Assembly (NCBI GenBank): GCA_032718475.1
Contig: JAUCBJ010003987.1
Coordinates: 31,528-95,527 of the forward strand
DNA length: 64,000 nucleotides
Source of the DNA: Nemertoderma westbladi
Lineage: Eukaryota > Animalia > Xenacoelomorpha
Reading direction: 5' to 3'
Shown: positions 1 through 11,149 of the stretch, one piece after another
Layout of the letters: each line of letters begins with the position of its first letter
How positions within the stretch are numbered: the stretch's first letter is position 1
Translations under genes and position numbers: made by a program
The notes under the pieces: model-generated
What the model was told of the DNA's origin: nothing
The model's input: the letters and a program-made list of their open reading frames with translations, nothing else
Database searches by the model: none

Positions 1-1897
1 GGCAAGCTTAAACGTGGCAAATCCCCAGGCCCTGACAACTGTGGTCCGGAAGTTTTTATAGTTGGTTCTAAACATCTCGTAACTGTATTAACTGCAATAT
101 TTAATGCAGTGTTGTCGTCTAGTTATTATCCGGAACAGTGGGGACTGGCAAACATTATAGCATTATATAAGGGTAAGGGCGGTACCGATGATCCGACAAC
201 TTTAGGGGGATCTCTTTACTAAATGTCCTAGGCAAAATTTTCACAACTATACTTAATAATAGGTTACAGTGGTGGGCCGACTGTTTTGGTGTAATTATTG
301 AGGCGCAGGCTGGGTTTAGACATGGGTACAGTACAATAGATCAATTATTTATTCTTAAAACAATAATTAACCATAAACTTAACAACGGTCGCATAAAAAA
401 CTATATTGTGCGTTTATTGATTTTCAAAAGGCGTTCGACTCTATAAATAGGTTGCGCTATGGTGTAAGCTAATAGCGCTGGGATTTTCGGGTAAAGTACT
501 AAAAATTATCCAAAGTATGTATGCTGCGGCTAAATCTAGGGTTAGAGTACTGGGTGCATTTTCTACAGAGTTTGAATGTCTGGTTGGAGTGCGGCAAGGT
601 GAGTGCCTCTCTCCTCTACTGTTCGCACTGTTCATAAATGATCTTGAATCAGAGTTATCTGGCAGGGGAGTTGAAGGTATTGATGTTGGTGTTTTAAAAC
701 TCTTCCTTTTATTGTACGCTGACGACGTAGTACTTATTAGCAATTCTGTAAATGGCCTCCAGATGGCGCTTGACGTTCTTGGCGATTACTCTAGGTATTG
801 GGGCTTAAATGTTAATATAAAAAAATCCAAGATTATTGTATTCCGTAAAGGTGGAGTGCTAGCCGGGCATGAGGAGTGGATGTTCCAGGGGAATGTGTTG
901 GAGGTCGTTGGGTCATATACATACTTAGGTATAGCTTTTTGCACTGGGGGTAGCTTTAATTATGCGCAGTCTTTATTAGCGGAAAAGGGTATGAAGGCAT
1001 ACTTTGCAACGTTAAAGTACTTACACAAGTTCCCAAATATTTCGTTCGAACTTAAACTGCATATATTCAACACACTCGTAAGGCCTGTTCTCGAGTATGG
1101 TAGTGAGGTATGGGGATTTAACTCTGCGCACCACTGCGAACGTGTACAGCTTAAATTTTTGAAGTATATGTTAGGGATTAAATCGAGCACTCCTGATTGT
1201 TTAGTGTATGGTGAATCAGGAGTATTTCCCTTGTTTATATCTAGGCGTACCCGTATTATTAAATATTGGATGAAAATTCTAGGGTTGCCAGACTCCCGCT
1301 TAGTGAAACAGGCTTACCTTTTACTGTTGGAAGACTCGGAAAAACATGGGACAACTAACTGGGTCTCGAATGTCGAATGGCGCAGGACTAAACTACATAT
1401 GGGATAATCAATTTGTTCCCGATTCTAAAATACTTATAAGTCAGCTATCGCAAATAGTAAAAGATAATTTCATTCAAACATGGTGGACTAATTTAGCTAG
1501 TACCTCACGTAGTTTGTGGTATGTTAAACACTCGTTTGGTATGGAGCAGTATCTAAACTATATGAGTGGTTACCCAACCCTGCGTCGGACATTAACAAAG
1601 TTGAGATGTTCGTCTCACCGTCTGCAGGTCGAGCTCGGTCGTTGGCACAATATTCCGCGTGGCGAGAGATTGTGCCAACTTTGCGATCTGGGGGAGGTTG
1701 AGGACGAATACCATTTCGTGTTGAAGTGTCCGCTTTATAAATCCCTGCGGGAGAAATTTCTTCCCGCTAAATACACAAGATTACCTACAATTGGTAAATT
1801 ATTTGAGTTATTAGCTTTACCATCTCAGAACAAAACAAAACAATTAAGCATATATGTTTTTAAGGCATTTAAACGTCGGTCTGAATTCCTACCTTGA
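1..1897 (+). mobile_element. Non-LTR retrotransposon ORF2 (RT plus C-terminal Cys/His knuckle, RTEX-like), frameshifted, runs off the window 5' end
   Basis: ORF 517-1407 has GVRQGECLSPLLF, LLYADD and YTYLG. ORF 1346-1897 has HRLQVELGR..RLCQLC..VEDEYHF..C. Upstream frames give KSPGPD, QAGFR and FIDFQKAFD. Frameshifts near 200, 400 and 1380. Confidence 0.9.
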
Positions 1898-2189
1898 AAG
1901 TATTATATAAATTAGAGCTACTACCGCAGTTTTCATTTATTAATTCCATAATTATTAATGTAAGCCTAGTAGATATTATGTGTTATTATAAAAGTCTGGT
2001 ATTGTATAATAATATTAGTTATAAATTGAAATTGATTGGGTTTTCACGGTTTCTTTTTTCGGTACCTATGCATACATTATAACCTACTGTATGTTCATTA
2101 TTATGTTAAGTATTCTGTGCACAATCTGAACCGGGCAATTTTCAACTATAGCGCTTTGTGCGCATGTTGTTATGAAAATATTAATAATA

Positions 2190-2930
2190 ATAATAATATT
2201 AAGATGGTCTAAGGACATGCGTAGAATATAATCAACTACAATGACAAATACGAATGGTGCAATGGTGAATGGATCTGTGACACCATCAGCAGTAGACACA
2301 AATGTGGTGGAACAATCGTACAGTGATCTGATAGCTGCAATAATTTCCTCATGAATCCCATATTGTGCCAGAATGCTTTAACATACCTAGTTGGGAGACT
2401 GAGTCGAAGACTTTACGTACAGAAATGAATAAAGATAATAGCCAGATGTCTGTCTTTATTTGTTGATAACTCTTTGATTATCTTTCTAAGTGCCAGAATA
2501 GACTCCATGGTCCCACGACCTTTAGGGAACCCATTTTGGTTCCCATGTACCAGTCTCTCAACAGGATTCCTGATGTGATTTAATATAATTCTGTTGTATA
2601 GCTTTGAAGCAATCGAGATTAATGAGATTCCACGAAAAGATCCATGGGTTGTTAGGTTTCCTTTCTTTGGGACCAACTTATTTGTTTTCAGTTCTTGAGA
2701 GACTTTCTTTGTCCTATACATGTCCTTAATATTGGGGTGAATGAGCTTCAAGCATTTATGAAATTTAAAGACCTCAGGGGGCACTCTACTCCCCTGGCAT
2801 GATTGGTCTTGATGCTCATAGCTACAATCTTGATTTCAGAAAAGGAGATGTCACCAATTGGGATATCTGTGAGCACAGACTCAGATGAAGATGTACCTCA
2901 ATGGATGGATGATTATATCATGATCATAAC
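2190..2930 (-). mobile_element. Decayed RTE-clade LINE RT fragment
   Basis: Translations LVPKKGNL..FRGISLISIASKLYN..NQNGF and APFVFVIVVDYILR. Similar to the RTE remnant at 51.7-52.9 kb. Confidence 0.75.
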
Positions 2931-3135
2931 CCTCCAAAAATTAGGGTAAACTATACAAGCATAATATCGCACACCATACATAGCTTTGCTGCTCCGACAC
3001 TTATGCCCGCCGTGGCCAAAATATTCCACATTTACAATCCTCCTCTCTTACCTATTAAGCTCAGGAATGTCACAGAATATGACGACTTTAAAACTCAACT
3101 GAAAACACTATTTTTTAGAGCTTCCTTCAGTAAAA
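2930..3135 (+). mobile_element. 3' end fragment of an L2/CR1-type LINE
   Basis: LPIKLRNVTEYDDFKTQLKTLFF resembles the typical ORF2 C-terminus. Confidence 0.45.
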
Positions 3136-3407
3136 TGTTGTCTAAAATTCAACTTTTGTATGAACTAATTATTTTTTACATTACAGACTGTTTTTATTTA
3201 TTTATTATTCATATATAATAATTATTTTTAAATACATCAACCGAATTAAAATTGGCATTTGGTATTAACATGGCTATTATCCCTGTCTGATAAATCGAAA
3301 ATTAATAATTTATAGAACAGATAAATGTAATGATTTAAATTTTAAGATTACAAGGGAAGGGCAACAATAAAAATAAAAACAGTTGTTTTGTGAGGGTGAA
3401 CACATAA

Positions 3408-4676
3408 TTAAATGCTGATTTTCATTTCAATTCTTTCTGCAGGATCTACAGCAGTGAACTCCAGCCACCATGGCCCATGCTGCCCGCCAGCACCATATAT
3501 CCCATTCAAATTTGCATGCGAACAACTCTTGTACCACCAAGCGCCTCTGAAATGCACAGCACAGTTATCAAAACCATATTCATCATTGTCCCGATCCTTT
3601 GTGGTAAAGGACTGACCATCTAACCAATCAGGGTGAGAGGGGCCACTTATTAACATAGCATTCCCTGCAGTCCCTTGGTATCCTGCAATTCTTAAAGTAT
3701 AAGTTGTGCTTTCCGAACCAACTCGGAATAAAGAATATTCCGCGAATCCATATTTCCCCCTATACCAGATATCCACTCTCAGTTTAACCCCTCCAGCAGT
3801 AAGATTGTGTATGGTATCCAACCCTAACCAAAATTCGTTGCTAACATCACCGAATCCAGACTTATAATACGCCCACTCCCGATAAAAGTCCATGGCTCCA
3901 TTAATTCTCCTCTGAATCACCAACCATGGACCACCTGGGACCATGGTGTCACATCTGATTAAACCATTTAGGCCATAATCACTACTGTAGATTCTAATTG
4001 TATTATTCAGTTGATAATTGTGACAAAGATTATTTGGAGGAACTCCTAGTGCCATAATTATTGCTTCCTTTTGTTCATCAATCTTACCAATGAATTCATT
4101 TGATTGTTCATTAACTTTCCCATCAAATATGTCACTTAGTTCATTAAGTGTATTTCTCAAGGTTTCAGTATTCGTACTAATGTTATAAGTAAATTCATTT
4201 ATATTTACCTTCACCACATCATGGAATATTTTTGAATGATGAATTAGATTACTATATACTATATCATTGTGGTCTTCGACGTTTGCGTTAAAGTTGCTAG
4301 TTAGATAATCTAGTTGCTCACCTATTGTCTCTTCTTTATCCTTTAGACTGTCAGCAAATTTATCCAACTTCATTATGATTTCTATTTGGTTATTTATCAT
4401 GAAAAAAGAAATCCTTGCCAAGGCAGCCATCACAACTAGTAGTCCAATAAGTGTTATAATTATAATTATCCACTTGCATTTTGTTGGATTTCTCTGAGCA
4501 ATTTTCTCACCCTCAGTTTTGAGTGTTCCTTCACTGATTATCGGATCCGGCACATCATATACGGAATATACGCCTTCTTCAATAACTGATGGCTTTTGTT
4601 TACCCATCAATGTTAACTCATAAACAGGATTAGTCAACTTAACTGCATCATCATTTATTTTTAGAGAAGTTGCCAT
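3408..4676 (-). CDS. FReD-1: type II membrane fibrinogen-related-domain protein (class A, Arg in TM), 422 aa
   Basis: Uninterrupted ORF. Tail has NPVY and YDVP. TM WIIIIITLIGLLVVMAALARISFFMI, then a coiled-coil-like stalk. FReD motifs WLVIQRR, GFGD..EFWLG, FTTKDRDND, NCA, GAWWY..C..ANLNG, EMKI. Confidence 0.93.
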   Translation of the reverse strand: MATSLKINDDAVKLTNPVYELTLMGKQKPSVIEEGVYSVYDVPDPIISEGTLKTEGEKIAQRNPTKCKWIIIIITLIGLLVVMAALARISFFMINNQIEIIMKLDKFADSLKDKEETIGEQLDYLTSNFNANVEDHNDIVYSNLIHHSKIFHDVVKVNINEFTYNISTNTETLRNTLNELSDIFDGKVNEQSNEFIGKIDEQKEAIIMALGVPPNNLCHNYQLNNTIRIYSSDYGLNGLIRCDTMVPGGPWLVIQRRINGAMDFYREWAYYKSGFGDVSNEFWLGLDTIHNLTAGGVKLRVDIWYRGKYGFAEYSLFRVGSESTTYTLRIAGYQGTAGNAMLISGPSHPDWLDGQSFTTKDRDNDEYGFDNCAVHFRGAWWYKSCSHANLNGIYGAGGQHGPWWLEFTAVDPAERIEMKISI

Positions 4677-5160
4677 TTATCTGATGTTATGTTTTTCTCC
4701 AATATATGTGTTTCTAGTACTTGATACACTTAACTACATTCCTATGAACAAGTTTTATTTCAAATTATAGTAATAGTGCTTAATTCAGAAATGATAGATA
4801 TCTAAATTTATGAGGAATGTACTGGTTGTATTGCAGTAGGCCATGGACTGACTGGGGAATAACGCAATTAGTTGGTGATAATATACGTCATTCTTATGCC
4901 AACTGATTACTGCTATTCTGCTGTCAGAAGTAAAGAAGTACTGCCACTGGTAGCTGACTTTTAGATTTCTTCTGGGATACCTTCATTTGCAGTAGACAAG
5001 GAACCAAAATTTAATCAAAAAGTTTAATCATAAAAAAGTAAATACTTACTGGTACTTTAGAGAGCTGCAGGCTATAAAGTTCTTTAATGTTCTTAAATAT
5101 TTTTTCATATTTATTTTTTTCCTTTTATTTTCATATTTAAAATATCTCAACCACCAATTT

Positions 5161-5440
5161 CCCTTTGCTTCAGTTACAGTTTTAATTGATTCAGGGGCTA
5201 ATCTTTCACTAATGAGCAGGGTTTACTTTTATTCAAGCAGTTGTTTTGTGGTCGAATTCCCTTAGCATAACTGAAAAAACAAATTGACTGTAGCTAATTG
5301 GACTAAACATTGGATAATTTGTCACTGCTACCACAGTTCAGGATCAGACACTAAACATGAAACTATCACTGTTAGCATAGCACCAGATCTTGCCATTAAT
5401 TGCCTCATTGGGCAGGATTTCCTGCGCACCTTTTCTGAGA
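5161..5440 (+). pseudogene. Degenerate retropepsin (LTR-retrotransposon aspartic protease) relic
   Basis: Manual translation gives VTVLIDSGANLSLMS, then LTVAN, then IAPDLAINCLIGQDFL. Stops are present and the relic is not in the ORF track. Confidence 0.6.
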
Positions 5441-6629
5441 TTGAACTTTATATATGAGGACATGTATATTGTATAAGCAGTATAAGCAGCCCATTTAAGA
5501 GCAGCTACCAGGAACTTTAGAATCCGAGTAAAAGGATTCTAACAGCAACTCACGCTTCACAAAAGCTTGGTGAGGGTCAATGTAAAGCTATTAATTCACA
5601 CAGCTTTGATAATGACCTTGTGGATTACTATCAGGACTTCTGTGCTGCAGAATTTTCTGATTGACATATATCTGATATCTGATCCACATCTGACACCAGA
5701 ATGTAATAGCAGTAACCACCATATCTACCTCAGTAGGCATATATGAATAATACCACTAACTCTCTACCAGTCTTTCTCCGTCAGTGCATGGCCTACTAAG
5801 CCTTTGTCTTAAGAATACAAGCTGCTCAAGTGAGCAAGAAAGTTTTCATTTGAGTTTCAGGAACAAGTGCATATAATGATGACAGATTGGTTGGAGCCCC
5901 ATTGATTGAGGAAAATAATAAATGAATACACTTGATCATGCACCATATTATTTGGGAGATGTTCTTTTTACTGCATGGCAGTGAGTGCACATTCTTCTCA
6001 AGCAGTGGTAAAGCCTCTACTTCAGGCCACATGATTTAGGTTCGTGGGTAATTTCTAAATATCAATTATTTTTCATCAAGTGGAACCATTTTTTTAGGCC
6101 ACAGTTAAAAAAGTATTTTAAGGAACACACTATTGCTTGATGAATGTTGGTGAACCGATGAGAGTGGCACCTGATTTCAAAGAAACAGTGGTTTTGGTCA
6201 AAGAGCTTGTCTCCCCGCAACTGTTTCGAATCCTGGATGGGAATTTTCTATAAATGCACAGCTCCATTGTCCAATGGAATCACTGAATCACAACAGTGAC
6301 TTCGAACTACTCACTTCAACAATATGATAAACTTTACCAGAAGCATGATTACCAGCCTATTGTTCGGTGATTTGCTAGTGACAATGTAGCTCAACCATTG
6401 ACTTCAACTGCAGTTTTCATTTACAGGGAGGGTGCAGTAGGTTATTGACTGACTGGCGAATACCAGTAATCAGTTAGTAATATTAGTACAGTGATTACTG
6501 CTATTACAAGTATAAATATATAATACAAGTATAATGTAATGTAAGAAGTATAGGGTTTAATCCTACCTAGTACTGTACTTGGTAATTCAATTGATTTTCA
6601 ATTGATTGCTTAAATTTGATCACAATTAA

Positions 6630-9072
6630 CCCGCCTATACCCGGTTTTGTTTTGCCACATAGACACCCGCTTTGGGTCAATTTGACCCATACCTACAAAA
6701 AACGACTTTGTAGGGGAAATAATCAATTTCCACACTGCCAATATAATTATAGGGTTAAAATATAGTACAAGTGATTGTACAGAGTTATATATCGATTACC
6801 AATATCATGTTATCGATTGTTATCAATATCATGTTATCAATAGTATGTTCGGACTCTAGGTGCAACTAGTGCAATACGTTGATACACGTGAATGTACGTC
6901 GCAGATGAAGTGTGCACAGTTGTCGCATTTTCGTGAATACTTTGTAGACCCAGACTTTTGTGGGCACCTGTAGCATCTCCCACGTTTGGGAACTTTGGGT
7001 GCTGAAACACTGGAGCCCACCAAGGATGTACTGAGCTGCTGCTCTCGCTGGGCTATAGTACGAGGTGCCTCAGCAATATGACGGGATAGGGTACGAGACG
7101 TCATACTGATCTTCATAAGACCCTGAGATACCTCTGTTAGGTAATTGAACCTCGCCCGATTAGTGCGACGGGTTGTTGGGAAGAGAGTGTAATACACCAC
7201 AAACCCGGCAACTGCAGCGACATCAACTACCACCATGAAGACCCGCATGGGCCAGCGGCGGGTGGCCCTGCGTGCTGTGAAATGACCCACCATCGCATCC
7301 ATCACATCAACACCACATTTTTGCGCATTATAATCCAAAATCATGCTGGGTTTGTGGGTCGCCTCGGCTGAAACTTCCTGATCAAAGTGGGACGATGATA
7401 ACATCAGCACACACTTGCTTGCCTTTGGTATATACGAAACCAATGTTGCGTCATTGGTGTGGCCGAACAAACTGGAATGGACTTGTCTTCCCCGTGTGTC
7501 AACGAACTCTTGGGGAACCTCCGGCTTGTTACGCCTGACAGTTCCTAGGTAGCTGAGCCGATGCTGCTTCAGTTCCAATAAAAGTTCCATACTACTAAAG
7601 AAGTTGTCTGCGCAAATGTTTCTATTAGTTCCAAATAAAGGCTGCGCCAAGTCCAGGACCACACGCTTAGACTGTCCCTTTTCTCGTGCTTCATTCGGAA
7701 GCCGGCCGCAATAAACTTGGCCATTGTATGGATAGAATGTCTCAGAGTCATATAGCCACCAGAACTTGATGCCGTACTTCGCTGGCTTTGATGGGATGTA
7801 TTGCCGGAATGGACACCTACCACGGAATGGTGACAGCATCTCGTCCACAGTCACAGTCGGACCTGGTACATAGGACGATCGGAGACGGTTTACAAACATG
7901 TCCCACACTTCCCGGATTGGGGCCAGTTTGTCAGTAGCTCGCCGTTCTACACGAGTCTCTTTGTTGTCAAAGCGAAAGTGGCGCAAAATTTCAACGAAAC
8001 GATTTCGGGACATAGTGGCACTGTAAATGGGCCGGCCATATTCATTGTGGAAGAGTGAACGTACTGGAAGTCGATTGTCTCGATGAACTCCTGCAAAGAT
8101 AAGGATGCCGAGGAAACCATACAGCTCGTCGAGTGTAACGTCAGGGTCAATCGCACTGTTGTTCGTTGCGTCCAAAACGATCATCAACATTTCATGTGAA
8201 ATGAAATTGGTAAATGTGTCCAGTGGGGAAGACATATTCTTATCTCTCACATGTTTGGGAATGGACCGACCCTCACGAATGATATTGATGGATCGAACTT
8301 GAGAAGTTGGAAGACATGGCGTCTTGCTCCACTCAATGTTGCCCCTACGTGATACATATAATGTTGCCCCTTCACCTTCTCCATTGCTCTCCCCGACTCC
8401 TCCGGCATCACTCATCCCGCACTCCTCCACACCATCTCCGGCAGACACATTGCTTCCAGAGTCTTCCACCTCACTCTCACCACCATCCAGTTCATCATTG
8501 TCATCTATTGCATCACTATCAACTCCATCGCTGTCATCCAGGAACTCATCTTGGGACGGAAAAAGGTACCCATAGGCATTCACAGGACGTCTTGTCCGAT
8601 TAGGATAACGATTCGACATACTAAATGATACCTCCGAAATTTGAGATCTCTGAGAGTGTTTATGTTTATCCAGTTACCTTTCAGCCTTTCAACTATATGA
8701 TTAATATCAACATACAATCTCTACCGGTACAGCAGTACACTAAGATTCACTGGAGAAAATTCAAAATTCCCACGTTTTTCAAGTTACCAATGGTACATTT
8801 CCTACTATGTATAAGCGCTTGTATAAGATAAGGAACAGCATTTACACTATTGGGTCAATTTGACCCACTTTGGTAAACCACGTGTACAAGGTGTTTAGAT
8901 GTCTACTGCTAGAACACCATTTCGGTATATGTTATTATATTATAGCTTATGGTTACTAACTAGTAGGGGTAGGATGTCACAAGATATTATGACCATCACG
9001 CCAGCCTGTACTTCACAGCTGGATTTTTAACAACGAGTTGGGCCAATTTGACCCACATCTGGTAACCGCGGG
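6630..9072 (-). mobile_element. Full-length piggyBac DNA transposon (2443 bp)
   Basis: TTAA at 6626-6629 and 9073-9076. Termini CCCGCctaTACC / GGTAaccGCGGG. Palindrome TGGGTCAATTTGACCCA at 6673 and 8851, one-mismatch copy at 9039. Encloses the transposase ORF. Confidence 0.93.
6856..8619 (-). CDS. piggyBac transposase, 587 aa, intact
   Basis: Acidic N-terminus. DDD triad in VTVDEM, CADNFF and GVDVMD. IPSKPAKYGIK motif. C-terminal Cys-rich domain RCYRC..CDNC..IC..H..CTSC. Confidence 0.95.
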   Translation of the reverse strand: MSNRYPNRTRRPVNAYGYLFPSQDEFLDDSDGVDSDAIDDNDELDGGESEVEDSGSNVSAGDGVEECGMSDAGGVGESNGEGEGATLYVSRRGNIEWSKTPCLPTSQVRSINIIREGRSIPKHVRDKNMSSPLDTFTNFISHEMLMIVLDATNNSAIDPDVTLDELYGFLGILIFAGVHRDNRLPVRSLFHNEYGRPIYSATMSRNRFVEILRHFRFDNKETRVERRATDKLAPIREVWDMFVNRLRSSYVPGPTVTVDEMLSPFRGRCPFRQYIPSKPAKYGIKFWWLYDSETFYPYNGQVYCGRLPNEAREKGQSKRVVLDLAQPLFGTNRNICADNFFSSMELLLELKQHRLSYLGTVRRNKPEVPQEFVDTRGRQVHSSLFGHTNDATLVSYIPKASKCVLMLSSSHFDQEVSAEATHKPSMILDYNAQKCGVDVMDAMVGHFTARRATRRWPMRVFMVVVDVAAVAGFVVYYTLFPTTRRTNRARFNYLTEVSQGLMKISMTSRTLSRHIAEAPRTIAQREQQLSTSLVGSSVSAPKVPKRGRCYRCPQKSGSTKYSRKCDNCAHFICDVHSRVSTYCTSCT

Positions 9073-9264
9073 TTAAGTGTACAGTAAGTGATTATGTAGT
9101 GAAAATTGCCAGGCTTATGTTAAATCAATGGGTAAGTAATTGGGGCGAGCCAAAACCAAGGTAACCTTTAGCATTAGGGTTATCTTCTATCATCATGATC
9201 TTTTTAACCTAAAGTTAGGAAGCTAAGTCATTCTGAAATTTATGTTATTGTTCCAAAACCTAAT

Positions 9265-9372
9265 TTTGCGAACTTTTGTTCCAATGGGTTGCGTACTTTA
9301 TTCCAATAATTATGAACTTTGTTCCAATAGTTACGAACTTTGTTCCAATAGTTGCGAACTTTGTTCCAATGA
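9265..9372 (+). repeat. About 21-bp tandem repeat, about 5 copies
   Basis: Repeated GAACTTTGTTCCAAT core. Confidence 0.8.
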
Positions 9373-11149
9373 ACCCCACCCCCATTGCTTTTTTATGACT
9401 AACATAAGAATACCGGCATAACAACAAAATAATACGATTAAGAACCGAATATACACAAACTTTTCGTCCTGGTCACGTTATATTTCATTATCAGACGGGT
9501 CGATGGGTGAATTCTGAAAGTTTGTAAATTGCTTGAGGCTGATGGCATCTTTATTTATTAAGATGAGACAGTGCTACGACTATACAGTTGCAGAGTGATA
9601 TTGCCCCAGGTTGATTTCTGTTTGTTTATCTGGCCCATTAGCACAGTCCAATTACAGTAGCCAATTCCTTATCTTTCTAAAAAAAGTACCTGACTGCCAA
9701 AATTTTACTATATATCACCTCTACCTCAATAAATACTCAATAGTATACTTTCCATCCGGGAGGTTAGAAGGGCCCATGGATGTGTTCCTATTGTAATAAT
9801 AAATTTATAATAAAATAATTTAATATGGATTAATAAATAATATGTGTTAGAGATATTGTGATGAAATGTTAATTAAATATTTGCCAAATATTTCCAAACT
9901 GGATAAAACTATTGAATTAATTTTCCATTATCTCGTATGTATCCCTGTTGTCTCATCATAAACATTCTGTAGGAAAGAACATTTATTATCGAATTTCTTT
10001 GTACAGATTAAACAACAATAACTAACGTAATACACTTTCTTTACTGTATGGCTATATTTAATATACTTCAATATAATATAGGCCTATGAATTCTATTATA
10101 TTCCAACTACAAAGACACACAAAGTATGGTTGTCTACTGGTTTTAGATACGTTGGAAGTATCATAATAATAATTAATATTATTATCCTTTATGCTTTATG
10201 GCACTACCTCATAAACTTCACTCATTGACTTTCCATCCTGGTGCTGTATAGTGCGTAGCGTACAAAGAAGTTATGGATTTTGGATAGTGAGTGATAGTGA
10301 GAGTCCGATGTTTTCCCCAATTCTGACGAACTGATCTGATACCTGTCAATCAATCATACAGATAATCAATCAGCTTGGCTACTATCCACCCAGTGGTACC
10401 GGAATCAACCGCGGTTCAATATCCTCCGCAGGTATGCCTGCTCGCTCATCAGTCCCATAATGTCATTACTGTAACGCCGAAGGGTATCAGGTGATTATTG
10501 ATTGCATGCACATCTGGATTTTCAGTTAATTTCAATGTATGTTTTTTATACCAATAAGACTGGTGGTTAGGGCAAAAAGGTGCAATTTTTTATGGTTTTT
10601 CTAAGCCAGCTTTGATCCATGTAATTTACACCGCGTTTTAGTAATTATTATAATATTTTCACTGGGGAACCACTCGCGCTGCCCTGACAATCGCCAGGCC
10701 TACTACCAATGTATCTGTGGTTTTATTCAAAGCTATAAACCATGCAGCGTGTGTAAGGACCATCAAAGAATATGTGCAATATAATAAAATAATATATAAA
10801 TACGATATATCTACAATGCAACATCTGCAGTGGACCGATGAGATGGACACAATAATGATTATGTATATCAATAACATGTCATTTCAACACAAACCACACT
10901 CAACAGGGACACACACGCACAAGTATTAATATAAACATGGACCTCAGATGTTAAAAATATTGAGAAAAATGATCGGGGTTCAAGGTCAACATGACACAAG
11001 TATCTGAGTGGTGGCGTGACAACGTGCGTCCGGTTTTTTACGTGACCCCAGCACCCAGATTGTGACGCACTGTATAATTAAATTAAACTTTTTTTATAAT
11101 ATTTGCGAGGATCATATGCTTAAAAGTGTACATTTCAACTTTCTATAAG

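Noticed and set aside
3408-4676. Assigning FIBCD1, ficolin, tenascin or angiopoietin gene symbols
   Set aside because: There are no collagen, EGF or FN3 domains. Shared topology with FIBCD1 does not show orthology without a phylogeny.
7569-8603. Overlapping short ORFs in piggyBac, and similar shadow ORFs on the LINEs and FReD genes
   Set aside because: They are alternative-frame or antisense shadows of real CDSs with no independent motifs.
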